DNA of 64,000 nucleotides, from NCBI RefSeq assembly GCF_009914755.1, contig NC_060934.1; one strand, written 5' to 3'. The notes beneath the pieces were generated by a model. That model saw nothing but the letters and a program-made list of their open reading frames with translations, made no database searches and was not told the DNA's origin. How positions within the stretch are numbered: position 1 is the first letter of the stretch; each line of letters starts with the position of its first letter. Both the position numbers and the translations under genes were made by a program. Source of the stretch: the human T2T-CHM13v2.0 reference genome, Homo sapiens. Positions 42,428-59,194 of this stretch are shown here, one piece after another.

Positions 42428-42846
42428 CTGGGGAGATCAATGAACTCTTCTAAGAGGAACCGCCAACTTGCAAATGTCCCTCAGGGCTCAGAATCCCACT
42501 TAAAAGTGGCCTCCTCTGGGAAGCCTCTCTGATTGCTCCCCTTCCCCCTCTGATTGTTCCCTCACTGGAGGAGTGAAGTGGGAAGCATCTTCACCTCAGG
42601 TTTCTTGGGTATGTACTTGGCCCTGGTATGTGTTGAATTCTCCAAGTACTTTATGTATGTTCTCTGCCCCTGCTCCCTGCTCAAAACAAGGAGCTCCCTA
42701 AAGGACAGGCTTGTATTAATCACAATAGTAACAATAATAACAGTAATTCCCACTTACTGAGTGTTTACTATGCAACAGGCACTGCCCCAAACACTGTATG
42801 CATTATCTAAGTTAATTCTCATCCAACCTTAGCAGGGAGCTGTCTA

Positions 42847-43256
<410 letters not shown>

Positions 43257-43766
43257 TCAAGTGCCGCGACTCCACCCCGCCCTCTGCACGTGGAGCAGCT
43301 GAGTGTTGGGGACACACAGCAGAGGGCCAGCCCTACCGCACCACTTCCAGCCCTTGTGGCCATGGGCAGTTCCTGCCCTCTGTGCCTCAGTTGCCTCACT
43401 TGTAAAATGGAGACAGTAATGGTATCCTCATTTCACAGGTTGTTGGGAGGGGTAAATTAATTAGAGCAGCATCCAGCCCACAGTGTTAGCTGTATAATTA
43501 TTATGTGAGAACTCAAGTGCTGGCCCTTGTTAAACTTGTGGTCCTTGTATGCAGCCCTATCCTAAGCCAACTTGTTCCTGCATTTACCAAAGATCAGCCT
43601 CCCTCCCCTGCTTCCCTGCCATCACCAGAATGACTTTAGGGGTCAGCCCTGTCTTCCTCCCCTCTCTATATGCTCTTGTTCACCATTGTTAATGTCTCCT
43701 TGAACAATGTATTTCACCTGCTTATGTTATCAGGACAACTAAGAGCCCTTGTAAGAAAGACCCTTT

Positions 43767-44327
<561 letters not shown>

Positions 44328-45333
44328 GAATGCAGAAGAGATGAAGCCGCCCAACACCCAGCACTGACCCACCTCTCTCCCTTCCTTCCTCCAAGTCCTT
44401 CTGCAGATGACTCACAGGTCCTCACCCCTGCTCTGATCCTCTTCCCTGTGCTCTAGTTTCCTATTGCAAATGTGGAGCTGCCCTGCCTGTGAGGCTCTGC
44501 TACATCCTCCTCTGAGGTGGCTCCTGCCCCCTGCCCTGCTGCCCTGGTCCTCCAGCCGCCTGGCCCTCCCAGCTCTACACTGCCTGGCATGGCTTGGTCA
44601 GATGACAAGTTTAGGCTTCCCCTGCTCAAGAACCTGCAAACAGTCCCCCTTCCTGTTTCATCGGGTCCCTACTCTTCAGCCCAGCGTTTAAGGTCCCTCA
44701 TGACCTGGCCTTCTCCAACTTGGCCCATCTCGTGCCCTTGGCTTCCCAGCATGGGTCAGGGCTCCATGCAGGCCCATCTCATCTCTGTCTCTGTGCTCTG
44801 TTGAGAACTTAACCTGTGCTCACACTGCCTCCCCTACTGGGGACCCTGATTACTTTCTCTCTAATCATCCTATCTCCACCTCCATGTCTTCCATCCTTTA
44901 AAACCTGGCTTAGACCACCCCAAATCCTGCAAAAAGTCTTCACCCACTGCTCCAGGCAACCATGGGCTTCTCTTCTTCAAACATTAGCCCTTGTTGCACC
45001 AGCCCACCCCACAGTGCTCCAGGCTGGGACTTAGCAGGGTGTGTATTCCTGGCTCCCTAGCTGGCATGTAAGCTTGTCCAGGGTTGGGGTCATTTCCCTG
45101 GCAGCAGCTCTGAGCCTAGTAGTGTACTGTGCCCACAGCAGACACTCAAAACAAAAAACATGACTTGCTCAGTGAGAGACTGCCAAAAAAAAAATGCATG
45201 GAGATGGAACTCTGGGTATCTATAAAATCAACAAATAATTGGGTCATTTCTATGCCAAGCATTAAGACTATAAAGATAACCAAAGTACAGTTCCTGCTTG
45301 TAAACAGTTCACCCTCTAATATGACGTGACATG

Positions 45334-45766
45334 CAGGACCTGCTACACAGTTTGCAAGGCTCAGTGCAAGATTTGCACTTTGTTGAAACACTATTATGAA
45401 TTTCTTTCTTTTTTTTTTTGAGACGGCATCTTGCTCTGTCACCCAACCTCTGCCTCCCTGGCTCAAGCGATTCTCCTGCCTCAGCCTCCCGAGTAGCTGG
45501 GACTACACATGCGCCAGCGCGCCCAGCTTATTTTTTGCATTTTTAGTAGAGACGGGGTTTCACCACGTTGGGCAGGATGGTCTCGATCTCTTGACCTCGT
45601 GATCCACCCGCCTTGGCCTCCCAAAGTGCTGGAATTACAGGCATGAGCCACCATGCCCGGCCATGAATTTCAAGATGATGACAACAGAACCTTAAATTAG
45701 TGTGGGCCCTTCCGAGAACAGGCTCTGTGCTATTGCACAGGCCACAGGCCCATGGAGCTGGCCCCT
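45334..45766 (-). mobile_element. MER45A-like DNA transposon interrupted by an Alu (-, 45405-45662)
   Basis: MER45A-like termini; Alu TSD ATGAATTTC at 45396 and 45663. Confidence 0.8.
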
Positions 45767-45844
45767 GGTGACGAGCCCTAATGGAAGGGAAGGAGAGAGT
45801 GCTATGGGAACACTGGTAAAAGAACAATCAATGTGCTAAGAGGG

Positions 45845-46186
45845 TGCTACGGTTTGAATGGGTCCCCCAAAGTTCATGTGTTATAAACTTAATCCCCAAT
45901 GCAACAGTGTTGAGAGATGAGGCCCTTAAATGTGATTAGGTCATGAGAGCTCATTATTGCAGGAGTGGCGTCCTGACAAAGGATGAGTTTGACCCCCTTG
46001 CCGCTCTTTCTCACCCATGTGGTGCCTTTCACCTTGTTATGACACAGCAAGAAGGCATTTGCCAGATGTTCCCCCTTGATTTTGGACTTCCCAGCCTCCA
46101 GATTCATAAGCCAAATACATTTCTGTTCACTATAAATTACCTAGTCTGTGGTACTCTGTCATAGCAGCACAAAATGGACTAAGATA
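45845..46186 (+). mobile_element. MaLR LTR (MST/MLT1A-like)
   Basis: TGCTACGGTTTGAATG...AAATGGACTAAGATA termini. Confidence 0.85.
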
Positions 46187-46596
46187 GAGGAATAAGACGA
46201 AGCCAGACAAAATGGACTAAGATAGAGGAATAAGACGAAGCCAGAGAATGTTACAGAAAGTGGCATTGTGGGTCTTCAGGTTGAAGTAGGAGTTTCCTAA
46301 GGAGGGAGGGAAGAAGGATATTCCAGGGAGAGGGAACGCCACAGGCAGAGGGTATGAAGACAGAATGGGATGGGGGTTTAGGAGTAGAAGGTGATGGTGT
46401 GGGGGAACAGTGGGGGGATTATTCGTGATCAGAGCACAGGGCACCTGCAGAGGGAATGTGGCTGGCAGAACAGGTGGGCCAAGGCAGTGTCCAGCACCAC
46501 ATGCCACGCTAAGGAGAATGGGCTTTTTCTACAGCTGCTGTACTGGCCCTGAGGGTTCATGGCCTTCAGTTTGAGAAGTAGGGTCCAATGTGCTGC

Positions 46597-47740
<1,144 letters not shown>

Positions 47741-47916
47741 GCCACCAATAGATATATAAAAGCCCTGGATCTGGCACGCCCCCTCCAAGGCAGCCATACC
47801 TGGAGGGATGCAGGAGCAAGCAAAGAGAGAGAGGAGGGGGCCAGGGACCCCAGAGCCTGGAGTCTGCAAAGCCGCCTCACTCGCACTGCATCAGCCTCAC
47901 CTCTGAACCCGCATAC

Positions 47917-48097
47917 CTGAGAAGAAGTGGGCCCTGAAGCCGCGCTTGGAGACGGTGTTGTCGGACTTGAACTCCACGCGCATGTTGTTGCTCTGCGAGG
48001 TGATGACCTCCGGCGTCTCAGAGCCGCAGAACCTGCCGTGCAGCTTGGCGTCGGGGGACAGGCCGCTGCGCACCTCTACAAAGTCGTACTTACAGAC
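47917..48097 (-). CDS. TLL2: TLL2 exon 16 (CUB3 C-terminal part)
   Basis: cag|[25 protein letters not shown]...GFRAHFFS G|gtatgc; 181 nt. Confidence 0.96.
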
Positions 48098-49384
48098 CTG
48101 CAAGGGAGCATGATGGGGAGCTTCCCAGAGTCCCTGTCCCCACCCCAGACCCCCAGCACACTGCTGCACCTGCTTCCTGAGCGCCTCACCCTACCGTGTG
48201 TGGCGGGGGAGGGTCCCTTGACTCTTGCTACGCCGGTTATTTGAATGAGCTCCAGAGGGCACAGGGGGACCCCTGGCTCTCCCACTGAGGCTCTGTGGGG
48301 GTGCCATCGCCTGGCACAAGAGCACAGGGCTCCCAAACCTGCATCCCCGTAATTGTAGCCTTGCTTTAATTTATTTTATATATTAGGCTTCCACATGAAA
48401 TTTTACTTGAAGAAAGGGCCCCACTGCTAGAAGGAGAAGAAAAATAAGGAGAAGAGGATGAGGGAGAAGCAAGAGGAAGAGGAGGAGGAAAATCCTGCAA
48501 ACCACCGACAGAATCTGACTCCATTTTCAGGCAGGGAAACAAGCTCAGAGGGGGAAAGACATTTGTCTGAAGTCACATAGCTCAGCAGTGGTGGAGCTAG
48601 GACTAGAATTCATGTTCCTTGCTGTAGCAATGATTTTTCTCAAAAAGAACTTCACTGCTAAGGGGTCTTATCAATTGCTTTCAAGGATTATTTTTTTCTG
48701 CACAATATTCACTTTGGGGTGACACCCTCATGGGCGCCATGGCCTCCATGCATTGGGGTCATCAGCATTGAGGTCTCCTTCCAGTACCCCAAAGGCCTGA
48801 TCAGGTGAGAGCTACACCAGTACTATTCTCAAGGTGAGACCCCCAGCTCAGCTGGGGTGGGGAGGGGAGTCTCAGGAATGGCTTGTGTGCCCCAGGGTGT
48901 CCTTCCAGCCTAAGGTGCAGACGTAGGCATGCCTGACTAGCACTCCAGCTGTAGGGTGCTGCCTGGACCTCAACTGACTTGATCATCCATGATCACTGCC
49001 CGAAAGAGGAAACAGGCTGTCTGTAGCATCCTTGTCCCTAGCTGATTCTCACCCCCTTTATTCGCCTCAGCTGCACACCAGCTCCCCAGACTCACAGCCC
49101 AGTCCTGACACCTCCCACCCCCAATATCTGCCTCTTCTACTCTTGTCCTGATTCTCCTTGGATGTATCAGCGACAAGAGGGCCGGAGGTGCTCTATCTGC
49201 AGAGGGCGTGCGGCTGAAACTGCTGGAGAAAACATTCCCCCAGATTCTGCTAGCGCAGGTCCTAAGACTGTCCAAAGCTTCAGTCAACACAAGCCATCTC
49301 CCTGCCCTCCCAGCCCCTCACTGGTTTCCAGCTCTGAGTCACCCCTCAATACAGTCCCCAATCAATTAGAGCATGGAGACATAC

Positions 49385-49545
49385 GTCATTGCCTTCCAGT
49401 TCAAACACTTCAAACTGAAGGGAGATCCGGTACTGAGCGGGGGCCACCACCTGCCAGACACAGTTTTTGTTTGTGGGATACTCCTTCGGCCACCCAGGGC
49501 TGGTGATGGTTCCATTCAGCTTGGTAATGAAACCGCCACAGGCCA
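49385..49545 (-). CDS. TLL2: TLL2 exon 15 (CUB3 N-terminal part)
   Basis: cag|(V)[23 protein letters not shown]...FELEGND|gtatgt; 161 nt. Confidence 0.96.
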
Positions 49546-50282
49546 CTGCACGGGGGAAACAGAAACAGGATTCATTTGGCTTTGGCTCCAGGTGACTGTG
49601 ATTTCCCACCAGGAGCAATAGAGCCTTGCTGTTCTGTAATAATTTTAAAATGTTAGACAATTTGAACTGATTAATTCAGTGTCCTTTGTTCAAAACTAAT
49701 GGTTTCAACTGAATATTTGAAGGAACAAAATTGGGGATAAATCTTTACTGCTTTTAAAAACAATGAATGCATTTGTGCTTTCCTTTCACCCAGTGGCAGA
49801 GCTGGGGGCTCCCTATGGCTTGGGCCAAAGGAGAATTAGAAATGTTTGCAGCAAGCTACTCACCATACCAAGCTTGCATGAACAAGCGGATTCATGCACG
49901 TGGACAAGGAAGATGGAACACAAGCCAGGTAGAAATAGGATGGATGAAAAGTGCTATCGGTTGAGTCACTGGAGTGCTCACAGTTTTTCTTTGCTTTTGT
50001 TTCCTACTTTAATAATCATGTCAATTTCACACAATCATAGAAGAAAAACCATGGCCTTGATTTCAGTCTCTAGGGCAGAGTCTATGTAATTTGGGCAGTT
50101 TTCTGACATTTGTGACAGCTGTCAGGCTGTTTCTCCTTCTAGGAAGTAGGTGGGTCTTCCACCATGTCTGCCCATTGCCCATCGTTCCTACACAGCCAGC
50201 TGGTTGCCCCATCTCTGCCCCACTTCCCCAAAGACTTGTCCCATATACCCTCTCATTCTAGCTTGGCAGGTCCCACACCAAC

Positions 50283-50408
50283 CTTCACACATCTTCTTAT
50301 CGGCGGCCAGCTCGTAGCCAGGGTCACAGGCACACTTGTAGCTGCCCAGCGTGTTCACACAGCGATGCTCGCACCCGCCGTGATCTGGCCAGGAACACTC
50401 ATCCACCT
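50283..50408 (-). CDS. TLL2: TLL2 exon 14 (calcium-binding EGF1)
   Basis: cag|(E)[42 protein letters not shown]|gttggt; 126 nt. Confidence 0.96.
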
Positions 50409-51451
50409 CTGGTGGGGAAGGAAGGTGACCCCGGTTACATTGTCAGGAAGCCTCCTGGCTGTTCCCAACCCTTGCATATCCCAGTGTCACCAGCAAGTGT
50501 CCTCTAATAAACAGGAGCCACTCCTGGTGACCACCTCCCAAAGAGTGCCATGTCCACCTCTGAAAACCAGGCAGCAGCTACAGTGAAGGCAGGACACTGA
50601 CAACACGAGCAGGAACACCTTGTTAGCTGGGGTAGGCTCTGCCAAGAGAAGGCCAGGCCTGGAGAAGTGAATTCTTTGAGGTGTTTGGTCATCGGTCATT
50701 TGAGACTTCAAAAAATCTCAAAACATTCCATACCAAAGACTTCATCCATTTTAAAACCATGGAATTGAGGACTTCCCCTGCCCCCATAAATATGCAACTT
50801 CTCAGAGATATTAAATAAAGGGTGAAGACAAAGAAAACATTGCTAGATGAAGATGTGTCAGTATTCTCTAGACATTAGAGACAGAATCTGTTATTTAGGA
50901 GTTTTAGAAATACTCTTAAGAGAGGTATGCACAGGGAGATATTCAAGGTTACAGAAAACACGGGCTCTTAGGTTAGCAAATGCTCCCAGGAAAACCTGCA
51001 GGAAGAGGCCATAATGAGGCTGAGTTAGCAGGGGCGTTGGATGGGATTCAGCACCAAGGGCCTAGTGATGCGTTTGGGGCGACTAAATAACAGCACATAG
51101 CATGCCATCGGTGCTGCTCAGAGGAAGAACCTGGAAGTCATTAGAGACACTCCCCAGACACATTAACCCAAGCGCCACTGAAAAAAAGAAAAACCAAAAC
51201 ACATGTTAGAAATAAAAGGAAAAATATGATTATCTGTTGCCAGCCATAGTACATCTAGCCCTGAAAGAGAGCATGTGGGATGTGGCCTACCAGAGCGAGA
51301 GAGGAGTCTAGTGAAGGGACAACTGAACACTGAGACATCTTTTTCAAAAAAGTTGAACCTAGGAAGAAGAAAGGATATGGGGAGAAGCGGGAAGGAGAGT
51401 TCTGGTCCACAGCACCACGGAAGGTAGGAACACAGTAAGTATAAAGTTGTT

Positions 51452-51774
<323 letters not shown>

Positions 51775-54106
51775 TTACACACAAACTAAAAGAAATTAAG
51801 AACATCTATGAGTTGGTAAAGACCTGGAAAGTTACCCAGTCATGCCCTCTCAGGCAGGAATCCTTTCAGTAACGTTCTGGAGAGATGGCTCTTCAGACCC
51901 TACTTGAAAACTCCCAGAGACAGGACTCTCACTACTTTTCAAAGGTATTTATTGGGTCAAAAGTCTGACTCCTTACAACTTCCAGTCCACTGGTCCTCAG
52001 AAAACACAAACCCTCCAATCATCCAGCTTCCCTCTACCCTGCCCTTTTCCAACTCAAATATACCCCTTTCCTTCCAGTCGTCCTTGTCTGTGATGCACAG
52101 ACTCCTCATCAACCTGGTTGCATTTCACTGGGTAAAGGAGGGTTTGTAAATATCCCATCATTTCACATAGTGGACAGTGAACTTGGGTAACTCTAATGGT
52201 GATGTACTCTTGGGCTCAATAAAAACTTATATAAATTAATTGCTTATTAGGGGAGATTGCGTTTAGAGAGACAATCCAGGCAGGGAGCTGAAGTTGCCCA
52301 TCGCCTCAAATAAATGTAAGTAATAAGTATGCTAAAATAGTAACAAGTGTGCAGTTACTTTTTTTATCACCTTACCAAATTGAAAGTATTTTCTTAGACA
52401 TTTGCTAAAAAGCATAGAAAGAAGAAAATAGTTGATAAAAAGTAGCGGAAAGAGTCCAGGCTTTAAAGTGAGTCAGACCTGGGGTGGATCCTCCAGCCGA
52501 TCTTCCTCCAATAAATTGGGTGACTGCTTGTGATTTAGCCTCACTGAGCCTCCCTCCTGCTTTAAAGTGAGAATGATAATATTTACTTTTAGGGTTGTGA
52601 CGACTGAAAACGATGCATGTGAAGTACCCGGCATACAGACCATCGGCACACAGAAGCCATCATGATAGACAGCAGCAGAGTTGCTTTCAAATTTCCAGTG
52701 AGTAGAGAGGCACAATGATGGGGCAGTGAAAAGATAAGGTTCCCTGGGCATACCTGGACCAGGTGGGAGTGGAGCAGTGCAGGCCTGAGGAGGGAAGGGA
52801 GACAAGGCAAGAACAGAAAGAAGGAAAATGCTTCAAGGATGGGCCAGTGAAGGAAGATGGACGGGCAGGAGGGCAGCACAGCAGAAGAACTCAAGACACT
52901 GGCTGGGGGACCTAGGGAAGAGGCAGAAGGAAACCAAGGAAAGAGCCCATTGGGAGAGACAGATAGACAAAGGACCAAGGCTGGGGTCTGCAGGAGACTC
53001 TGATACCAGAAGATGCTGTGGCTGTAGGCAGGACACACAGGCAAGAAAGAGGTGCACAGAGGAGCAAGTCTCTTGGCACCATCTTAGCCAGGTGAAGGGA
53101 GAGAGCCCGGTGGATGGACCTAGGGCAAAAGCAAAGAAAATATAATTCCTCCAGAGACTAGAAGGTAAGGTGCTCGGCCTTGGGAGGTAGATGAAAGGCA
53201 TGCTTTTACACCTGAGCTCTCTCTAGCAAGAGCCGTGAGATGTTTGGCCAGTTACAGCCCTGCTTCAGCTTGGCTAGATGGCACAGAGGTGCATGGGGCC
53301 TCCCACTGTGGTAAAGCAGCACCTGCTCCAAGCCCACTGGCTCGTGCTTGCTCTGGGCTGCAGAGGCCAAGGCCAAGGCCAAGCCTCCCAGAAAAATCTG
53401 GGAGAGCGTGGCAGTAGAAGAGACTGGAAGCAGCATTCAGCTTAGCATAGCAGGAGCTCTGGAGTCTTCTCATGGTCCAGGTGGAATTAGCGAAAGAAGG
53501 AAGTAGTTAGATGATGAGATGGCTCAGGCAGGATCCCAAAAATTGTTCAGAGAAAGTTAAGGAAAGGGAAGGCAGGGCATATTCTTAGGCTTTTGAAGAA
53601 ATCCCTTGAGGGAAGCCAGTCCCCCTACCAAGCCCTTCATGGTGACCTATCAGCACTGGGATAGGGGGATGGAGGGATCAAGGTGGGAATTCTTTAATTC
53701 TTTATGTGGGGGGCATAGGACCAAAATGGCCCTGCCAGCCCTTGAGTGCTGCTGCCTTCTCCCAAAGTAACCAGAATTGTTAAGGTTCTCTGCTTGCTGC
53801 CAGCCAGTATGCTCTGAGAAGGCTGCCATCTGGCACCAGAATCAGGTACAGAGGCCAACTGGCACCCTGGCCAGGATCAGGCACCAGCTGGGCCCTGGGC
53901 AGAGCACCTGCCAATTGGCACCAAGGCAAGAGCTTCTTTGGCTTGCTCCAGCTCTTCTGCTGGGCCTTTGAGCTCCTCTTCCAGCTTCTTTCACTGGAGA
54001 AGTTCTGACACACGTGCTAGGTACGTTGTGTTCACAGAGCATCTGAATGATGGCCTTGTTGGGAAAAGGCTGGGCTGGGGAAGCTGGCTGGGTACAGTCT
54101 CCTGAC

Positions 54107-54428
54107 CTGCGCTGTCTGATACGGCAGCCCCCAGCCACATGTGGCTACTGAGCACCTGAAACGCAGTTGGTCCAAGTGGCGATGTGCCATGAGTATAAAA
54201 CACATGCTGGATTTCCAAGACTTAGTGTGAAAAACATAAGATCTCTCACTAATATTGTGTATATTGATTACATATTAAAATGATATTATTTTGTACAATA
54301 AATAAAAATATCATTGAAATCAATGTCACTGGTTTCTCCTTTTTTGTAAGGCAGCTGCCAGCAAATTCAAGGTCACCTATGTGGCTTCTGGTTGTGCCTC
54401 ACATCCCATTTCTGTTGGACAGTGTTGC
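54107..54428. mobile_element. MER33/MER3-like hAT DNA transposon
   Basis: CTGCGCTGTC..AGCCACATGTGGCTA start and ...TTGGACAGTG end. Confidence 0.75.
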
Positions 54429-55629
54429 ACGAGGCTGTGGTCGCTCACCCACTCTTCTTCCAGAGAGTCTTGCAAGGGAGGCAGAGCAGGCAGCAGGATG
54501 CCCACTCCACCAGCAGGGAAACTGAGCCCCATTCATTCATTGATCTATCCATTCTTTCATTGCTCACTAGGTATTTACTGAGCCTACTGTGTGCCAAGCA
54601 CTGGGACCACAGTGAGGAGCAAAGCAGGTATGGGCCGGTCGTAGGAAGGAAAGCTGATCTGCAAGAGAGCGAATAGCTAGTAGGGAACATGGGACCAGCA
54701 CCTCAAACTCCACTTGCCACGTCCAGAGCCCTTTTGCCTATACCTCTGTGGTATTGGGAAGGTAGAAAGGTGACCAGTGTCAGAATCAAATCACAAACAC
54801 TAAGGAAAAATTCCACCCCCTTCACATTCCTTCCCTGTGGCTTTCAGGTCTCCTTAGTGGAAACAGAGCGGATTGTGGAATCCTACAGATCCAGGTTCTA
54901 GTTCCAGCCCAGCCATGTTAGGAATTCAGCTTCCTCAACTGGAAAACGGGGGCAATAATAATTCCTACCAGGGGATTGTAATGAAGAAAAGTGAGATAAC
55001 CTAGATCCTGGCACGTGGCCAGCATTCAGTAGATGTCCTTTCCCTGATTTAATAGGTCTAGATGAGGTTTCTGTTAATCCTGATTCCTACTTTAAGATTC
55101 ATGGTCAAGGTCAATGTTGTATATTTCTTCTTTTCTAAATGTTGTTCTCTGCAGTTGTTTTAACCACAAAAAAGTCAAGCTGGGTCTGTGCACTAAGTTA
55201 CTTTGGGTGGGCCTTAGTCCACACTTTGACAGGCATCTGAAAAGATGTTTGCAAATTGAAATGCCCTCCAAGTAGGACACTGGGTAACCTGGGCCCCGTC
55301 GCAGACTGAGTCTCACAGCCTCCACCAAGGTCCACACCCACACAGCAATGTCATCGCGCATTTGCTGCTAATCTCCTTCACCACCATGAGCACTTGAGGA
55401 CAATCATTGTGTGCTTTCCTCGGCGTCTCCAGCCCCAGCACCAACACATAGACTGATGAATGTTGAATGCACGCTAGATGGGGAGGAGGGAGAAGGTGGC
55501 GTCTTCTAACCAGCAAATGGAGCCAGCTATCATGGTTACTTGAGCAGGTCCAGGCACTTCCTCGGTCTCTTACAAACCAGTTTAGCATCAGAGAAATACC
55601 TTCCATTGTCCTGACTGGCATCTCCAGTA

Positions 55630-55814
55630 AGTTTTCCATAAAAAAATCAGGAGGTCCAGTTAAATTTGACTTTCAGATAAACCATCAAACACTTCTCAGC
55701 ACAGTATGTGATATTTGGGACACATACTAAAAAAAAATCATTCTGTATCTAAAGTTCAAATGTAACTAGGCATCCTGTTTTTTTTTTTTTAATTTCCTAA
55801 ACCTGACAAGCCTA
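55630..55814. mobile_element. MER53-like palindromic DNA transposon
   Basis: CAGGA..TCCAGTTAAATTTGA / TTCAAATGTAACTAGGCATCCTG inverted arms. Confidence 0.7.
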
Positions 55815-56030
55815 ATCTCCAGCTTTAGCTGGTACTCTCAAAATTGTGCATTGCTGATCACCAGCAGCACCAGCAGTAAGGTGTGGATGGTCAGTGGTTA
55901 CCAGTTATCCCCCTGGAATGGAGCCCCAGCACCCAGCTTACAGAACCTGGGGTGGAAGTCAGGGGAGGAGAAGGCCAAGGGGACTGGAATAAACAGAATT
56001 AGAATGACAACCTCATAATCATTCATGACA

Positions 56031-56615
56031 TGTGGTAGGCAGAATAAGGCCTTCCAAAGCTGTCTACAGCTTGGCCTCTACAATCTGTGAATCTGTTACC
56101 TTAATGTAAGATTCTGCAAGTGTGGTTAAATTAAGGATCTTAATTAGGTGAAAGAAGGACTCTGCAGGTGTGGTTAAATGAAGGATCTTGGAGATGAGGA
56201 GATTCTCCTGGATTATCTGGGTGGGCTCAATGTCAACACCAGGTCCGTGTAAGGCAAAGAGGTGGAAGGAAGTTAGGGTCAGAAGGAGGAGATGTGCTGA
56301 CCGGAGCAGAGGTCTGTGATGCAGCAGAGAGAATGTGGCATGAGAATGACACACTGGCCATTACTGGCTTTGACCATGGAAGGGGACCATGAGCCAAGGA
56401 ATTCAGGCAGCTCCTAGAAGCTGGAAAAGGCAAAGAAATAGATTCTCCCTTAGAACCTCAAGAAGGAATGCAGCCCTGCCATCCCCTTGATTTTATCCCA
56501 GTGAGACCCATGTTAGACTTCTGACCTCCACAACTGTAGGATAATAAGTGTGCATTGTTTTAAGCCACCAAGCCTGTGGTAAATTGCTACAGCAGGAATA
56601 GGAAACCAGTCCATC
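56031..56615 (+). mobile_element. MLT1D-like LTR with an internal ~48-bp duplication
   Basis: TGTGGTAGGCAGAAT start; MLT1D body motifs. Confidence 0.85.
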
Positions 56616-58506
56616 ACAATAGCCAGAAGAAATTGTCGCATCGGTTTTTCCAGAAAGAATAACCACTTCAAAGATTCCTTCCCTAGCAAAGACAATGAAC
56701 GGGACTAAACACTACACTCGGTGTATTGACTTGCACTATTCCATTTTCTCCTGATGACAGCCTTGCAATCACCTGGCAGCATTGTCTCTCCAGGTAGAGA
56801 GACTGGAGCTTGTGCAACAGAAGCTGTGCAACTGGAGAAATCATGCAACTTGCTTGAGGCCACCCAGCCGGTGTCACTGCTGCCAAGTCAGACAGGGGCC
56901 ACCCCAGGCTGGAAGACACCAGGCATGTGCAGGCTGGGCCAGGGTGGGATTGGGGCTGTGAATTTCCAGGCATCTCAACTAAGGCTGTCATATCTTCCCT
57001 GTGCAATCAGAAGCTGACCTGCTTTCAAAATACAAGTGCTATGGCCTGGCTTTTTTTTTCTTTTTTTTTTGGCTTGAGAAAGAAGCAACTCAGTTTTGTC
57101 TCCAATCCTTCAGCGCCATCATGATTCTCCTCTGCTGCTGTTTGGGTTTTGCTCTTCCCCGATACCTCAAAATAGGAAAAAATAACAGCCCCACCCCTTG
57201 TTTGTCACCTGCCAGCTTTTAAGTGCCTCCACAGCCGTCCTTTCTTTGGGGCTTCACAACAATTGCTTAGGTACAATGGGCAGATGTCCTTCTTCCTATT
57301 TTACAGAGAGGAAAACTGAAGCTTCAGTAAGGACGAATGGCTGCCTGCTCTGGGTGACATTGCAGAAGTGGGTTCTTTTGACACCCAGGCTGTTCACGTA
57401 GAACCTGGGAGAAGGTCTAAGATGGGGCAGAAGAGGAGAATGGAAGCAAGGGAGGGACTGGGATTTCTGTGCTGGCTCAGCCAGGAGTCCTAGGAGAGGA
57501 GGGAAGAGGAGAAAGCAGGCTCTGGGCAAGCACAAGTTGTAGGGGGGCTGGGGAAGTGGGGTCACTGATTAAGGGGCCACAGCAGCAGAGGACTGAATGT
57601 CTCTACTCAAGGGCTGCTGCTGTGCTCCTGGGCGCCCAGGCCCAATGCAGTGGGGAGCAGCCATGCTTCCCTCTTAGGGTGTGGTCTTCAGGGCTTTCAG
57701 GGGCCTGACAGCAGAGAAGGAGGACCTGCCCATTCAAAGGAGGGTTGGAAGCTGGCTCTTCTGGGGCCAGGAAAGCTCGGTCTGCCCATGCCATTCTGGG
57801 CCTGGTTCCATCAGGACCCTACAGAGCAGCAGGTCCCCAGGGCAACAAGGAAATTTGTTCCCAGAGTGCCACCCCTTATTCTCCTCCCAACCCCGATCAT
57901 GTGGGGGTAAGCATGTAGTCTAGGGGCACTGATGTTCCAGGAGCTGAACACCTGGGTTGCCTCTCTGGCCCACATCAAGGAATAGTAGCAATGTTGTAGA
58001 AAGAGTTTGAGCTTAGGAATTAGGCCGACTGAATTAGATCCCCGATCTGCCACTTAACTACCTGCATGATCCTGAGAAGCCCTGCCCAGCCCTGATCCAA
58101 ATCTAACTCACAGGGTTATTTGGGGAATTAAATGACATTATGTAAGTCAAGTACCTTACACAGTTCTTGGTACACAGTAGGTGATCAATTAATGATAGCT
58201 GCTATCCAAATATTTGCTGTTATTCCATGCTCAGTTTCACTACCGTGTAGTTTGCCCTTGTAAACTTATTAGATCTAATTTCCAAGTACAGAACTTTCTA
58301 TCGTGTGGAAGCCAAGGCTGAGCCTGCTCCTGATCAGTTGGGAACTCTGCTGGGGGCTCACACCCAGCTCTGAAATGCATCGCTGCCTTTTCTCTGCAGG
58401 GAGCCTTGTTTGGTGGTAAGCTTCCATATGGTTTTGTGTGTCTTAGGCCAGGGGGAGCAATATTTCTTCTTGTGCCTAAAAGTGGAAACAAACTGCTAAT
58501 TCATAC

Positions 58507-58702
58507 CCTTGAAAAAATTGGCTGCAAAGCCCGCTTTATTGATAGAGCCATCGGACACAAACTTCATCCACAGTCTGTTGGAGCTCGATTTCACATCCTC
58601 CGGCTTCTCATAGCCACAAAAGTGGCCGATCAGGGCACTCTCTTCCGTGGGGCCATCCCGGACTTCCAGGTAGTCATATGCACAGCTGTCGTGCCTTTCA
58701 AT
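58507..58702 (-). CDS. TLL2: TLL2 exon 13 (CUB2 C-terminal part)
   Basis: tttag|[30 protein letters not shown]...GFAANFFK G|gtatga; 196 nt. Confidence 0.96.
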
Positions 58703-59194
58703 CTAAAGGAAGAAACAGAGGCAAGGTGGATGGCAGATGGTTCTGCTTTAAGGTTTTTGATTTAAGAAGAGAACCCAAATATCACTCTCAAAATCTAACC
58801 AAGAGGCCAAAGGACCCAAGTGTGTCCCAGGTCTCTCCATGCTGCTTCCTAGTTCACTCCTTACTTGCAGAAGTCAAGGGTGAATCAAACTGAGAAGAGT
58901 CTAAGAGGATAAATAGAGAAGAACAATTCTACCAAACTTCCCTGGATCCCATCCTGAATTTTCACTTTGATTATTATTCTCAACCTCTCTTACTGCCCTC
59001 AGAAAGGTGTCAAACCCCATTTCAAAGCCTGCATAGATGTTGATGTCAGATGTCCGGGCACAATTCACTATGGGCTTGAGAATAGCCTCTTAGGTTCCTG
59101 TTTTTAGCCAAAAATGAAAACCCATCTTTACAGAGTGGAGGATGTCTAGCAAAAGTTGCCGTTTCCTTGGGAAGCCGGTCTGAGCAGCACTCAC

